Below the pieces are notes generated by a model. It did no database searches, was not told the DNA's origin, and was given only the letters and a program-made list of their open reading frames with translations. A stretch of DNA of 32,000 nt. Origin: Fibrobacter succinogenes subsp. succinogenes S85. GTDB lineage: Bacteria; Fibrobacterota; Fibrobacteria; Fibrobacterales; Fibrobacteraceae. The stretch lies in the NCBI RefSeq assembly GCF_000146505.1, contig NC_017448.1:780001-812000 (forward strand), read 5' to 3'. Shown here in pieces: positions 1 through 9,949 of this stretch (its first letter is position 1; every line of letters starts with the position of its first letter). The position numbers and the translations under genes were made by a program.

Positions 1-569
1 CCACCGGAAGCGGCAAGACGACAACACTTTACGCAGGCCTTCGAGAAATCATCCAACGAAAAATAAACGTCACAACGATCGAAGATCCCATAGAATACGA
101 ACTCCGCGGAGCGAATCAAGTTCCCGTCAACGAGAAATGCGGATTCACGTTCGCCGTTGCATTGCGTTCTATTTTGCGCCAGGATCCAGACGTGATTCTC
201 GTCGGGGAAATCCGCGATGCAGAGACCGCACAGATTGCATTGCAAGCAGCACAGACAGGACATCTTGTCTTGAGCACTTTGCACACGAACAGTGCAAAAG
301 CTGCGGCGGCGAGACTTCTTGATTTAGGCGTTCAAAAGAGTATCTTGGACGAAGCTTTACTTGGAGTTTTTGCGCAGCGTCTCGTAAGGAAACTTGATAA
401 AACAACGTCTCAGGAGTCTACACCACAATACAAAGGCAGAACCGTTGTCTGTGAATTGCTACTCCCCAACAACACCTACGCCGACTCCTCCATGCAAGAA
501 AACGCAAGAAAGCTCGTAGAATCCGGCATCACCACCGAAGAAGAAATCAAAAGGGTATTAGGATCATAA
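1..569 (+). CDS. Type II/IV secretion-family ATPase (GspE/PilB-like), C-terminal part; the 5' end lies outside the window
   Basis: The frame starting at nt 3 reads TGSGKTTTLY (Walker A), then DPDVILVGEIRD (Walker B/Asp box) and TGHLVLSTLHTN (His box). Stop TAA is at 567-569. Confidence 0.9.
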   Translation, partial: TGSGKTTTLYAGLREIIQRKINVTTIEDPIEYELRGANQVPVNEKCGFTFAVALRSILRQDPDVILVGEIRDAETAQIALQAAQTGHLVLSTLHTNSAKAAAARLLDLGVQKSILDEALLGVFAQRLVRKLDKTTSQESTPQYKGRTVVCELLLPNNTYADSSMQENARKLVESGITTEEEIKRVLGS

Positions 570-570
570 C

Positions 571-595
571 AAGTGAACTATTTCTTAGTTCACTT
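571..595. other. Perfect 10-bp inverted repeat (AAGTGAACTA-TTTCT-TAGTTCACTT) between convergent genes; possible bidirectional terminator hairpin
   Basis: The inverted repeat was read directly. It sits between the stop of the ATPase gene and the stop of the minus-strand gene and overlaps the latter. There is no flanking T-run on either strand, so the terminator call is weak. Confidence 0.35.
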
Positions 596-1762
596 CTTCC
601 CACCAAACCAATCGTTGATGTCTTCGCCTTCTTTCATCGACAATTTGCCAAATTGATCTACGCCATCACCAAGCACAACCGTGCGGATATTCGCATTCGC
701 AAAAACCGTCTGCAAATACTCCGTACCGCTGCGCCCCGCCTCGTCCTTGTCCAAACAAAGCACGACGCTTTTGTTCTTGAACAGCGGGAGCCATTCTGTC
801 TTGAAAGAACGCACGCCCGGGATTCCAATTGCCGCAATGCGTTGTCCCAAGAACGTAAGCGTATCAACCACGCCTTCGCAAAGGTAAACCCATCCCGGCC
901 TTTCGTCAAGCGCTGAAACATTGTACGGGAACGGCACCGTTCCGCGCAAGTTCAGTTCCTTCGGCACAACCGTGCTATCGATTGCGCGTGCCTGAAAATA
1001 AAACGATCGACGCTTGGTATCGAGATACGGGAAAAATAGCGGATGCTTGTAATACCTCAAGTTCCCTTTTTCACTGAAAAGCCCCACGTACTTGAGGACT
1101 TCCAAATCGTAAGTTTCCTTGAGCTTGTTGTTCAGCGCACCATAATCCGTAATCGTGCGCAAAAGCATTTTATCCCAAATCGGCTTGTAAATGCGACGGC
1201 GTGCAAGGTAGGCAGCCGCAGGCGTCTTGTCGACAGGACTCAACATTTTCAAAAACGAGAGGATAATCTTCTTGCGTTCATCTTCGCTTACAAGCTCTTT
1301 TGCAGGCTCGGGAGAGCGGTATTCAAGAGCGGCATCACGGACTGCCGTTTTTGCAACAAGTGCGGCACTTTGTTCTAGCGACACATTCGAAGCAGGAGCT
1401 CGATTCGGCATCGTTGATGCAGAGGCGGAACTCGTCGTTGATATGCGATTTTGCACCTGAGGCTTAGCCCCACGCAACAGGAATCCGTACGTTTCCTTGA
1501 GCCAGTTCAAAGCTTCCAGAAAAGAACAATTCTTGACAAACTGCACAAGCGAAATTACATCACCGCGAACGTCATCGCAGACCCAGCAGCGGAATGTTCC
1601 GCGTTCTTCGGAAAATGATACAGACGGAGTTCTATCGCCATGCGCATGGCGTGTCGGGAAAAAGCAACGACAACGGCCACGCACCACCGGGAGGCCTAAA
1701 TCCATAGCCACCGTCGTAATCGAGAGCGCAGCCTTAAATTGTTTGAGTTCCTCTTCTGTCAT
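590..1762 (-). CDS. CHC2 zinc-finger / Toprim domain protein (DNA primase-like), 390 aa
   Basis: I chose the ATG at 1762 (MTEEELKQFK...) because the longer 612-aa ORF runs antisense through murB. It has a CHC2 finger (CFFPTRHAHGDRTPSVSF...CWVCDDVRGDVISL) and Toprim acidic motifs (LCEGVVDT; LCLDKDEAGR). Confidence 0.8.
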   Translation of the reverse strand: MTEEELKQFKAALSITTVAMDLGLPVVRGRCRCFFPTRHAHGDRTPSVSFSEERGTFRCWVCDDVRGDVISLVQFVKNCSFLEALNWLKETYGFLLRGAKPQVQNRISTTSSASASTMPNRAPASNVSLEQSAALVAKTAVRDAALEYRSPEPAKELVSEDERKKIILSFLKMLSPVDKTPAAAYLARRRIYKPIWDKMLLRTITDYGALNNKLKETYDLEVLKYVGLFSEKGNLRYYKHPLFFPYLDTKRRSFYFQARAIDSTVVPKELNLRGTVPFPYNVSALDERPGWVYLCEGVVDTLTFLGQRIAAIGIPGVRSFKTEWLPLFKNKSVVLCLDKDEAGRSGTEYLQTVFANANIRTVVLGDGVDQFGKLSMKEGEDINDWFGGKK

Positions 1763-1789
1763 TGCACCAAGAATATATATATTTTCGTC

Positions 1790-2713
1790 ATGATTATTCA
1801 AGAAAATATACCGATGAGCGAGCATACGTCCTTTAAAGTAGGCGGTTCCGCACGATATTTCATCAAAGCAGAATCCGTAAGCGATATTAAAGAAGCAATC
1901 GCATTTGCAAACGAGCACGCGCTCCCGAACTACATTCTCGGTAAGGGAACGAACTTGCTCGTCTCTGACAGCGGATACAACGGCGTCATCATCCAGCTCG
2001 GTAAATTTTTCTCGGAAATCACAGATCTTGGCAACGGGAAGATTTGCGCTAAAGGCGCCACGCCGCTTGCCCGCCTCGCCCGCTACACAATTAATGAAGG
2101 ACTCGCAGGCATCCACAAGCTTGCCGGCATTCCCGGGAGCCTCGGCGGTGCGATTTACATGAACGCAGGCGCTTACGGTCAAGATGTTTCGCAGACTTGC
2201 ATTGAAGTCGAAAGCATCGATGCCGCAGGCAATTTGCACACGCGAACCGCAACCGATTGCGTCTTCAGCTACCGCCATAGCATTTTTCAAGAACTCGCTA
2301 CATCTGAAAATGCAGAAACAATTCTTTCTGCCACATTCCAGCTCACGCCCGCAACAGAGCTTGGCAAGACAGCCAAGGATCTCGAAAGCGAAATGCAGGA
2401 ATGCATGACAAAGCGTCGCAATTCGCAACCGCTTTCCATGCCAAACGCAGGTAGCACCTTCAAGCGTCTAGATGCCGGCGCCGCCGAAACGCCGACACAA
2501 ATCGCACCAGGTTACTACATCGAACAGGCGGGTTTAAAAGGCTACCGCATAGGCGGCGCCGAAGTGAGCCGAGTGCATGCAAACTTTATCGTAAATGCCG
2601 GAGGCGCCACAGCAGCCGACATCAAAGCACTCAGCGAATACGTTCAGAAAGTTGTCGCCGAAAAATTCGGCATTAACCTTCACAGAGAAGTGATTCTGCT
2701 CGGAGAATTTTAG
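1790..2713 (+). CDS. murB: UDP-N-acetylenolpyruvoylglucosamine reductase
   Basis: Starts MIIQENIPMSEHTSFKVGGSARYF. It has the FAD-binding GKGTNLLVSD and the C-terminal PNAGSTFKRL and GGAEVSRVHANFIVN, which are classic MurB blocks. The ATG at 1790 is preferred over the track start at 1739. Confidence 0.9.
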   Translation: MIIQENIPMSEHTSFKVGGSARYFIKAESVSDIKEAIAFANEHALPNYILGKGTNLLVSDSGYNGVIIQLGKFFSEITDLGNGKICAKGATPLARLARYTINEGLAGIHKLAGIPGSLGGAIYMNAGAYGQDVSQTCIEVESIDAAGNLHTRTATDCVFSYRHSIFQELATSENAETILSATFQLTPATELGKTAKDLESEMQECMTKRRNSQPLSMPNAGSTFKRLDAGAAETPTQIAPGYYIEQAGLKGYRIGGAEVSRVHANFIVNAGGATAADIKALSEYVQKVVAEKFGINLHREVILLGEF

Positions 2714-2745
2714 TATTTTATCCTCAAAAAATTAAGGATAAGCTC

Positions 2746-3390
2746 ATGATTTGCCATAAATGCGGAAAAGAATACGAAGACGATATGCCCAACTGCCTTT
2801 GGTGCGATGCACCCAACTTGCAACATCCAGCCAACAAGGGCAAGCAATTCACAGAAGCTCCCGCACAAAGCATTTCAACAGAGCCCGCAGAAACAGAAGC
2901 CACAGAAGCGCACCCCGCAGGTCTTTTCATGTGGACCGCCGCCATTTTAGCAGCATGCAATCTCGGCTACTTATATATCGCAATTCTCATCACATTTTTC
3001 CATAAAAAAGCATTACAAGAAAATAAAGCCCTCGGCCGTTTTTTCGTAGGAATGCTAATCGCAAGCATCGGACTTTACTTTATAACAGCCCCTGTCATCA
3101 GCGTAATCAGCACATCGCTCTTAAAAATTAATGAGCTTAATGGAGGTCATTCCTCATCAACTATTTTGCTCGCCTTAAGCGCTCTGTACCCCATCACGCA
3201 AGGATTTATCGGCGCCAAGCTACTCAAGTTCTACACGCCAGACTACGATTCCAAAGACTACCGCAAAAACAGCGTCGTGAGCACCATCGCTGCAATCGTT
3301 TTGTTTTTTATTTGCGCGTTATGCGGTTTTTATACTGACATAGCGCAAAACGGTACGCAGTTCACACAAATTCTAACGAAAAAATACTAA
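2746..3390 (+). CDS. Zinc-ribbon domain membrane protein (hypothetical)
   Basis: The N-terminus has CHKCG...CLWC (two CxxC pairs), followed by several hydrophobic segments. AAGGA lies upstream of the ATG. Confidence 0.7.
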   Translation: MICHKCGKEYEDDMPNCLWCDAPNLQHPANKGKQFTEAPAQSISTEPAETEATEAHPAGLFMWTAAILAACNLGYLYIAILITFFHKKALQENKALGRFFVGMLIASIGLYFITAPVISVISTSLLKINELNGGHSSSTILLALSALYPITQGFIGAKLLKFYTPDYDSKDYRKNSVVSTIAAIVLFFICALCGFYTDIAQNGTQFTQILTKKY

Positions 3391-3394
3391 AAGT

Positions 3395-3802
3395 CTACTT
3401 AACAAGCGGATCGTACTTGTTCAAAATTTTCACGACGAGCCAATAGACAAGCCCGCCAATCATGCCGCCGAGTGCATCGGCAATCAAGTCATAACCGCTG
3501 CAGTCTCGGCCTTCCACAAAGCTCTGGTGGTATTCGTCCGTGCAACCGTAAGCAAGTGCAATTGCCATAACAATCAGCACCTTGAGCCACGGCTTTATAG
3601 ACCACTCACCACGTGCCCACCACATGCAAAAACAGCCCGCCAAAGTGGCGTATTCACAAGTATGCGCAAGCTTATCCCACACATGCGGGAAGTCTTCGAG
3701 TTCATAGGATGTCATCGAAGAAATCTTGAAGATAATTGCCATGCAGAGGATGGCTGGGACTTTTCTGAAAAACGGGTACTTGTCAAAGAGCGATTCAAAC
3801 AT
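3395..3802 (-). CDS. VanZ-like family membrane protein
   Basis: A 135-aa hydrophobic protein with DKLAHTCEY ... DEYHQSFVEGRDCSGYDLIADALGG, the VanZ-like signature pattern. Confidence 0.75.
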   Translation of the reverse strand: MFESLFDKYPFFRKVPAILCMAIIFKISSMTSYELEDFPHVWDKLAHTCEYATLAGCFCMWWARGEWSIKPWLKVLIVMAIALAYGCTDEYHQSFVEGRDCSGYDLIADALGGMIGGLVYWLVVKILNKYDPLVK

Positions 3803-3828
3803 GCGCCCAAATTTAGCTTTTGTAAAAG

Positions 3829-5376
3829 CTATTCGTTCTTGAGCAAGCGCTTGGAGACGACATTTTTGTATTCTTCTTCTGCCGTCATGTCGTTGATTCG
3901 GTTACTCTTCTTGCCATCTTCGTAATTTTCGAAGAAGCAATACGTCTCATAGACTTTCCTTGCCTTAATCTTCTTGCCATTTACGAATATTGCATCAATT
4001 TCAAAATGGGCAATTCGGTTCTGCTTGAGGCGAATCGGCAATTTAAATGAATTTGTCATCAATTCATCATCTGCAAAGGCCTTTACCACAACACCCTTGC
4101 GCTTCACGATAATCTTCTTGATTTGACTCAGGTCCGAGCCCATCAAGCCCGCCACGCTAAAACGGAGCGTCGCCGGGATATCGCGTTCTTCAGGCAGCAC
4201 GTGGATACGTTCGCGGCCGGAACCTTCAATGACAATCGAAGGCTTAAGCTTTTTCGGCTGGACCGTATCTTTCGGAGCGTTAGACTTGCGTACATCCGCT
4301 TTCGTCAAGACTTCAGCCATTTTTGCCGAGACAAAATTTGTATGCCACGTATGGCAAATGTATTCCACTTCGCCATTGCTGCAATTCACAACAAAATGCT
4401 TCGGACCAAACGCCGTGGAATCCGCCCATTCAAACGTTCGCTTGTAAAGTCCGCTTTCAGGAATCGTATCGACAATTCCGAGCACAGAAACTAAGCTTCC
4501 CGGGATAAACAACGCTTCAAGCGTCACACTGGGCTTGCCAATGTATTCATTCAGGACCTTCGGCTTAAACTCAATCTGCGAACTCTTTATGAAAGCCTCA
4601 GCCTTTTTCTTGTAGGCTTCATCAAATTCCAACAGCATCGTTTCGAGTTTGTCGAGATTCAACCTTGCAGCATGCACTCCGAGTTCAGTAGCAGCTCCCG
4701 TTGCAATAGAATCAAGAGCACGAGCCAAGATAAGCGTACCCGAACTTGCAAGCGATAAAATCTTTACGCCATTCATATTGGCAATCAAAGTCTGCCCGCT
4801 CTTGACCGACTGCGCCGTATCGGTTTTCACCGCCACGTCAAGACGGCCTTCCTTAAGCGAGGAGATTTCCAACCCATCAACATTTTCAATAAAGCCAGCC
4901 GTTCCACGAACTACAGACGAAACATTTTCTGTACGAATTTCAAACTCGTCCTTAACCGCCTGTTTCTGCACATCAAACAACAACTTTCCATGGCGAAGCG
5001 CAACGGTCATTCTTGTTTTCAGTTCATCCGCTTTCGCCACTTCAATAGCCATCTCTGACCGACCGTCAATCTTGAGTGCAGAACCGTCATCAACAGAAAT
5101 CACGACCGAAGAACCCGCCTCAGTCACAATCGATGACTTTTCATGAACGCGCGAACCGACTTTCAGCGACTTTGCATGGTCATCGGAGATCTTCACATGA
5201 GCATCGCCCACAACCCTCTGGACAACGCCATTAAACAAAGGCTTTTCGGGAATCGCATTTAACGAATCTTTTTCGGAGGATTCAGAATCGCCACAGGCAG
5301 ATAAAGATACAGCAAAAACAAGGGCCAAGCCCAATAGTCCAACCCTAAAATTCTTTGCTCTATTCATTGCTACCAT
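3829..5376 (-). CDS. Lipoprotein with FecR-like N-terminal domain (hypothetical)
   Basis: The start is taken at MVAMNRAKNF (an alternative ATG is at 5367). The signal peptide plus lipobox is LALVFAVSLSAC. The segment VVGDAHVKISD...KVGSRVHEKSSIVTEAGSSVVISVDDGSALKIDGRSEMAI resembles a FecR domain. Confidence 0.7.
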   Translation of the reverse strand: MVAMNRAKNFRVGLLGLALVFAVSLSACGDSESSEKDSLNAIPEKPLFNGVVQRVVGDAHVKISDDHAKSLKVGSRVHEKSSIVTEAGSSVVISVDDGSALKIDGRSEMAIEVAKADELKTRMTVALRHGKLLFDVQKQAVKDEFEIRTENVSSVVRGTAGFIENVDGLEISSLKEGRLDVAVKTDTAQSVKSGQTLIANMNGVKILSLASSGTLILARALDSIATGAATELGVHAARLNLDKLETMLLEFDEAYKKKAEAFIKSSQIEFKPKVLNEYIGKPSVTLEALFIPGSLVSVLGIVDTIPESGLYKRTFEWADSTAFGPKHFVVNCSNGEVEYICHTWHTNFVSAKMAEVLTKADVRKSNAPKDTVQPKKLKPSIVIEGSGRERIHVLPEERDIPATLRFSVAGLMGSDLSQIKKIIVKRKGVVVKAFADDELMTNSFKLPIRLKQNRIAHFEIDAIFVNGKKIKARKVYETYCFFENYEDGKKSNRINDMTAEEEYKNVVSKRLLKNE

Positions 5377-5530
5377 GTTTTTTAATCTAGTAATTAAAAT
5401 TTCAAAAAAGAAATTTACAATCACTTTTCCCCCTCGATTAAAAACAATAATTTGCGCACCGTCACACGTTTTATGAACCACACAAATGCGTGACAAAATA
5501 AATATAACTAAAAATTCTAAATTTTCACCT

Positions 5531-6733
5531 ATGAAAGCAATTACATTGAAAGCCGGGCGCGATAAATCAGCCCTCCGTTACCACCCGTGGATTTTTAGCG
5601 GCGCCATTGATGAAGTTGTTGGCGACCCCGCTCTTGGTGACGTTGTCGAAGTTTATAGCTACCATAGCGATTTTTTGGGCCTTGCAGCCTATTCCCCGAA
5701 ATCCCAGATTCGAGGCCGTTTCTGGACATTCGGGACCGAAGGAAAGAACGTCAAAATTGACCGCGAATTCTTTAGCGACATTTTGGACCGCGCCATCGCC
5801 TCCCGCAAGAGCCGTGGGTTCGACATCCACGACAAGGAATGTGCATTCCGCCTTGTGAACGCCGAAAATGACGGCATTCCGGGTTGCATCATCGACAAGT
5901 ATGCCGACATCTACTCCGTCGAAATCCTTGCTGCAGGCGCCGAAGTCAATCGCCAGATCATTTACGAATTGCTCGCCGAAAAGACGGGTTGCCGTGGCAT
6001 TTATGAACGCTGCGATTCCGAAGTCCGTAAAAAGGAAGGACTCCCCCTCCGCACGGGCGTTGTATTTGGCGAAGTTCCGGACGAACCGGTCATCATCAAC
6101 GAAAACGGAATTCTGTTCCCGATTGACGTGAAGAACGGACACAAGACCGGCTACTACCTCGACCAGCGCGATGCCAGACGTCGCGTGGGCGAACTCGCCC
6201 GAGGCAAGAAGATGCTCAACTGCTTCTGCTACACCGGCGGCTTTGGTCTGTACGCTCTCCGTGGCGGCTGTGAAAAGGTTTACCAGGTCGATGTTTCCAA
6301 GGACGCGCTCAAGCTCGCCAAGGAAGGCATCATGCGCAACAAACTAAGCACAGCGCATGCAACACACATCGAAGCAGACGTCTTCCAGTACTTGCGCAAG
6401 TGCCGCGATAAGGCCGAAACGTTCGACTTCATCGTGCTTGATCCGCCGAAATTCGTCGAAAGCAAGGACAACTTGCAGAAAGGCGCCCGCGGCTACAAAG
6501 ACATTAATTTACTTGCAATGAAGCTCCTTGCCGAAGGCGGCATGCTCGCTACGTTCAGCTGCTCTGGCCTTATGGAAATGGACTTGTTCCAGAAGATTAT
6601 CGCCGACGCCGCAGCCGATGCCCACCGTCGCGTGCAGATTATCGAACGCTTTGGACAGCCCGCCGACCATCCCGTGAACACGGCCTTTCCCGAAGGACAA
6701 TACCTCAAGGGCCTCCTGGTTCAGGTTGTGTAA
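5531..6733 (+). CDS. rlmI: 23S rRNA (cytosine1962-C5)-methyltransferase, PUA + SAM-MTase
   Basis: Close collinear similarity to E. coli RlmI, recognised by eye: HPWIFSGA, HKTGYYLDQRD, LNCFCYTGGF, VLDPPKF, GYKDINLLA, FSCSG, FQKIIADAA and PEGQYLKG. Confidence 0.9.
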   Translation: MKAITLKAGRDKSALRYHPWIFSGAIDEVVGDPALGDVVEVYSYHSDFLGLAAYSPKSQIRGRFWTFGTEGKNVKIDREFFSDILDRAIASRKSRGFDIHDKECAFRLVNAENDGIPGCIIDKYADIYSVEILAAGAEVNRQIIYELLAEKTGCRGIYERCDSEVRKKEGLPLRTGVVFGEVPDEPVIINENGILFPIDVKNGHKTGYYLDQRDARRRVGELARGKKMLNCFCYTGGFGLYALRGGCEKVYQVDVSKDALKLAKEGIMRNKLSTAHATHIEADVFQYLRKCRDKAETFDFIVLDPPKFVESKDNLQKGARGYKDINLLAMKLLAEGGMLATFSCSGLMEMDLFQKIIADAAADAHRRVQIIERFGQPADHPVNTAFPEGQYLKGLLVQVV

Positions 6734-6762
6734 AAAGAGCGTAAAAGCTTTCAAAAAACTTA

Positions 6763-6796
6763 CTACACAGGTGACAAAGCCTGTGTAGTTTTTTTA
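6763..6796 (+). terminator. Rho-independent terminator after rlmI
   Basis: A 9-bp stem, CTACACAGG-(8 nt)-CCTGTGTAG, followed directly by a T-run. Confidence 0.8.
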
Positions 6797-6848
6797 TAAT
6801 TTTGCAAGAAGCAAAAAGGTATATGTGGACGGTTTTATAGAGGTTAAA

Positions 6849-8381
6849 ATGTATTTAGTCACTTACGACATCGGTAATTCCTTTATAAAAGCAACGCTCA
6901 CAAAAATTGCTAATTCGATTGAATTCGTAGGAGCAACCGTCGTAAGCACACACAGTACCTCGACTTTAGGCGGCAAGGGTGTTGAACAGAGCACCGAACA
7001 ATGGTGGGATTCCATCTGCCGCAGCACAAAGGACCTCCTTAAAAATTACGGTATTACAAGCGACCAGATCAAGGGCATCAGTTTCTGTTCACAGATGAAC
7101 GCAACTGTGCTCGTCGACGCCAACGGAAATACTGTACGCCCCCCTATGACGTTCCTTGACAGACGCGCCGACAAGGAATTCAAGGACTACTTCGACCATG
7201 GTTTCAAGATCCACGGGCTAAACATCTGGAAGCTCATCAAGGCTATGCGCCACACAAGCCTGGTCCCCGTCGGAGCTTACAGCCCCATCTGGAAATACAA
7301 GTGGGTGCAAAACAACGAGCCCGAAAAATTCGCTAGAGTCGATAAATTTTTGGACGTTGGCGACTACCTCCTGTACAAGACTACCGGCAGATTCGTCCGC
7401 ACCGAAGACTCCGCATTTTGCACAGCGCTCAACGATTGCCGCAAAGGGCATTCCGGCTGGAGCCATACAATGGCGAAGGCTTACGGCATCATGGAAAAAC
7501 ACTTGCCCGAAATTGTGCAAAGCACCGACATCGTTGGTCGTATCACCGCAACCGCAGCCGAGCAGATGGGCTTGAAAAAAGGGACTCCCGTCATTGCAGG
7601 TGGCGGAGATGTCGCTATGGTTGCCGTCGGCTGTGGCAACACTCAAAATAACCAAACCAGCATCTACTGTGGAACTTCAGGTTCTGTCAGCACGGTCGTC
7701 GACCATATCATTCAATTTGCCGACATCATGATGATTGCAGTCAAGGGCCCGAATCCCAGGCAAAAGTATCTGTATGGCGAACTTGAAACCGCAGGCAAGT
7801 GCTTCGCCTGGGCGCGTGAACTTATCGGCAAGCTTGACAATTCGCAATACAGCTACGAAGAATGCGCACAGCTTGTTTCAAAAGCGAAACCCGGCGCACA
7901 TGGGCTTATGTTCACGCCGTTCATGAACGGTTGCAAGACGCCATTTGAAGACGGAGACATCCGCAGTTCACTTTCAGGCATTAGCTTAGAAACTACTCGT
8001 GGCGATTTGCTTCGCGCCGTCATTGAAGGCATCTGTTTCCACTTCCGCTGGCTCTTGGAATGCCAGGCCAAGAAGTGCAAGATTTCTGACACGATCCGCT
8101 TTGCAGGCGGCCTTGCAAGAATCAACATCATGAACCAAATTCTCGCCGATGTGACCGGGCATACGATTGAAACGGTCAAGCATCCGCAGTACGTGGGAGC
8201 GCTCGGCGCCGCCGCAGTTGCTGCAATCGGGCTTGGACAGATGAAATTTGAAGACATCCACAGCTACATTGAAATCACAAACACGTATACGCCAAATCCT
8301 GAGAATCACGAGATTTACAACAAGCTCTACAAGAAATTCTTGGATAAAGTCAAAAGCGATAGAAAGCTTGTAAAAGGATAA
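6849..8381 (+). CDS. FGGY-family carbohydrate kinase
   Basis: The ATG at 6849 follows GAGG. Motifs are YLVTYDIGNSFIKA (phosphate-1), GGGDVAMVAVGCG and IRFAGGLARINIMNQILADVTG (FGGY C-terminal signature). Confidence 0.85.
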   Translation: MYLVTYDIGNSFIKATLTKIANSIEFVGATVVSTHSTSTLGGKGVEQSTEQWWDSICRSTKDLLKNYGITSDQIKGISFCSQMNATVLVDANGNTVRPPMTFLDRRADKEFKDYFDHGFKIHGLNIWKLIKAMRHTSLVPVGAYSPIWKYKWVQNNEPEKFARVDKFLDVGDYLLYKTTGRFVRTEDSAFCTALNDCRKGHSGWSHTMAKAYGIMEKHLPEIVQSTDIVGRITATAAEQMGLKKGTPVIAGGGDVAMVAVGCGNTQNNQTSIYCGTSGSVSTVVDHIIQFADIMMIAVKGPNPRQKYLYGELETAGKCFAWARELIGKLDNSQYSYEECAQLVSKAKPGAHGLMFTPFMNGCKTPFEDGDIRSSLSGISLETTRGDLLRAVIEGICFHFRWLLECQAKKCKISDTIRFAGGLARINIMNQILADVTGHTIETVKHPQYVGALGAAAVAAIGLGQMKFEDIHSYIEITNTYTPNPENHEIYNKLYKKFLDKVKSDRKLVKG

Positions 8382-8385
8382 ATTC

Positions 8386-8476
8386 TCAAAAAAAGGAGAT
8401 GCCCGCCCTTCGACAAGCTCAGGTCCCTGAGCGGGCATGACATCTTAAAAACAACGAAGCCGGGGACAAGCCCGGC
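8386..8476 (-). terminator. Two tandem GC-rich hairpins downstream of the TPR gene, each followed by a T-run on the minus strand
   Basis: GCCGGG-(6 nt)-CCCGGC at 8459-8476 is followed on the minus strand by TTCGTTGTTTTT. ATGCCCGC...GCGGGCAT at 8399-8438 is followed on the minus strand by CTCCTTTTTTT. Confidence 0.55.
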
Positions 8477-8538
8477 ATAACATTGTTCAAAATCTTTCAG
8501 TTGTAACTAATAACTAAAGACCATTGACTAATGGCCGA

Positions 8539-9852
8539 TTAGCGCTTGTTACGCGGGAGTTCGCTTGCGTGCTTTTCAAGCCACACAGCGTCTTCGAGAG
8601 CGCGTTCAGCTTCGGTCGCCCAGTCAGAATCCGGGAATTCACGGACAACATCACGGTAGCGCGTTACAGCACTGTGGAAGTCTCGCATTTCGCGGTAAAT
8701 GTTGCCCATCTGGAGCATCGCAAAGTAGCGTTCGTCCGGCGTGATTTCGTTTTCGAGCAAAGCCTTGTACATCTGGAGAGCGGCTTCGTGATAGCCATCT
8801 GCATAAAGTGCATTAGCGTTGGCAATGGAATTCGAAGCGGTCGGAGCGACGTCTTCCCTCTGCGGTGCAACGTCAACAGACTTCGACTTGTCGTTCCCGC
8901 TTTTCTTGGCATCCTTCAAAGCCTTTGCTTCGGCTTCTTGCATAGCCTTTTCTTCGGCAGCGGCACTAGCAACAGCATTGATTTCGGCCATGCGGTCTTC
9001 AGCAACCTTGCGGAACTTAGCATCCGGGGCAGCCTTCTTCAAATAAGCGGCGAGATACTTCTTTTCCTGTTCGGTGCGCTTGCTCTTCTGGTTGATCTTC
9101 GCCAAATAGTAGTTAGCGTCGTTACCGCGTTCCTTGTACGAAAGTCCCTTCTTCAAGTTGAACTCGGCCTTGTCGTATTCTCCCATCTCATAACGGGTTA
9201 GGCCTGCATAGAAGTACGCACCGGCATCGCCAGGCTTCTTCGAAAGAACTGCTCTCCAAAGCGGAGCGGCTTCAGCATAGCGGCCTTCGGCAAGCAAAGC
9301 CTTGCCCTTTTCAAACGGATCTTCAGAGGCGACAGCCGTTGCAGGCGCCGGTTGTGCAGCCTTCGGAGTTTCAACCTTTGCAGGAGCTGCGGTCTTAGCC
9401 GGTTCAGCCTTTGCAACAGGAGCAGTTTGTGCGGGCTGTGCAGTCTTTGCAGGTTCTGCTTTAGCCTCAGCCTTCGGCGTACTTGCAGCAGCTTTGCCGC
9501 CCTTCATCTTAGCGCGTTCAGCGTCAGCCTTTGCCTGCTGGCCCATAGCTTCGTAAGCCTTGGCAGCACCTTCGTACGCTTCCGTCAAGCTCGGATCATA
9601 ACCATAAGCGAGGCGGAAGTTAGCCACAGCCCCCTTATAGTCCTTCATCTTCATGCGAACCTTGCCTGCCGCCATATAAGCTTCAGTATTCTTCTTATTT
9701 TCAGCCAACATGGCTCGGTATTCACCAAGAGCCTTATCATACTGGCCCTTGGCCTCAAAGCGAGCTCCCTGTTCAATACGGGGGTCCACAGCCCAAGCTT
9801 GAGACATTCCAACCAACAACGCAAGCGCAATAAAAGACAATTTCTTGTTCAT
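8539..9852 (-). CDS. Secreted TPR-repeat protein with Ala/Pro/Lys-rich linker
   Basis: The start is MNKKLSFIALALLVGMSQAWA (signal peptide). TPR-like A/Y/G-patterned 34-mers flank the low-complexity stretch KAEAKAEPAKTAQPAQTAPVAKAEPAKTAAPAK. Confidence 0.85.
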   Translation of the reverse strand: MNKKLSFIALALLVGMSQAWAVDPRIEQGARFEAKGQYDKALGEYRAMLAENKKNTEAYMAAGKVRMKMKDYKGAVANFRLAYGYDPSLTEAYEGAAKAYEAMGQQAKADAERAKMKGGKAAASTPKAEAKAEPAKTAQPAQTAPVAKAEPAKTAAPAKVETPKAAQPAPATAVASEDPFEKGKALLAEGRYAEAAPLWRAVLSKKPGDAGAYFYAGLTRYEMGEYDKAEFNLKKGLSYKERGNDANYYLAKINQKSKRTEQEKKYLAAYLKKAAPDAKFRKVAEDRMAEINAVASAAAEEKAMQEAEAKALKDAKKSGNDKSKSVDVAPQREDVAPTASNSIANANALYADGYHEAALQMYKALLENEITPDERYFAMLQMGNIYREMRDFHSAVTRYRDVVREFPDSDWATEAERALEDAVWLEKHASELPRNKR

Positions 9853-9949
9853 GGTAAAAAATTTAGTAAAAACCATTGACTTTATGACACAGATTGGCGA
9901 TATTACTAGCAGAGACGCGGATAATTTGATTATCTGCAAAGGAGAAAAA

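Noticed and set aside
590-2428. 612-aa minus-strand ORF extending the primase-like gene upstream through murB
   Set aside because: The extra 222 N-terminal residues run antisense to the well-supported murB and are Cys/Phe-rich nonsense. The recognisable protein starts at the internal ATG at 1762.
3829-5496. N-terminal 40-aa extension of the FecR-like lipoprotein ORF
   Set aside because: The extension precedes a canonical signal peptide and lipobox that begin at the internal Met, and it would overlap the divergent rlmI upstream region.
8524-9201. 225-aa plus-strand ORF
   Set aside because: It is antisense to the TPR gene and has no recognisable features.
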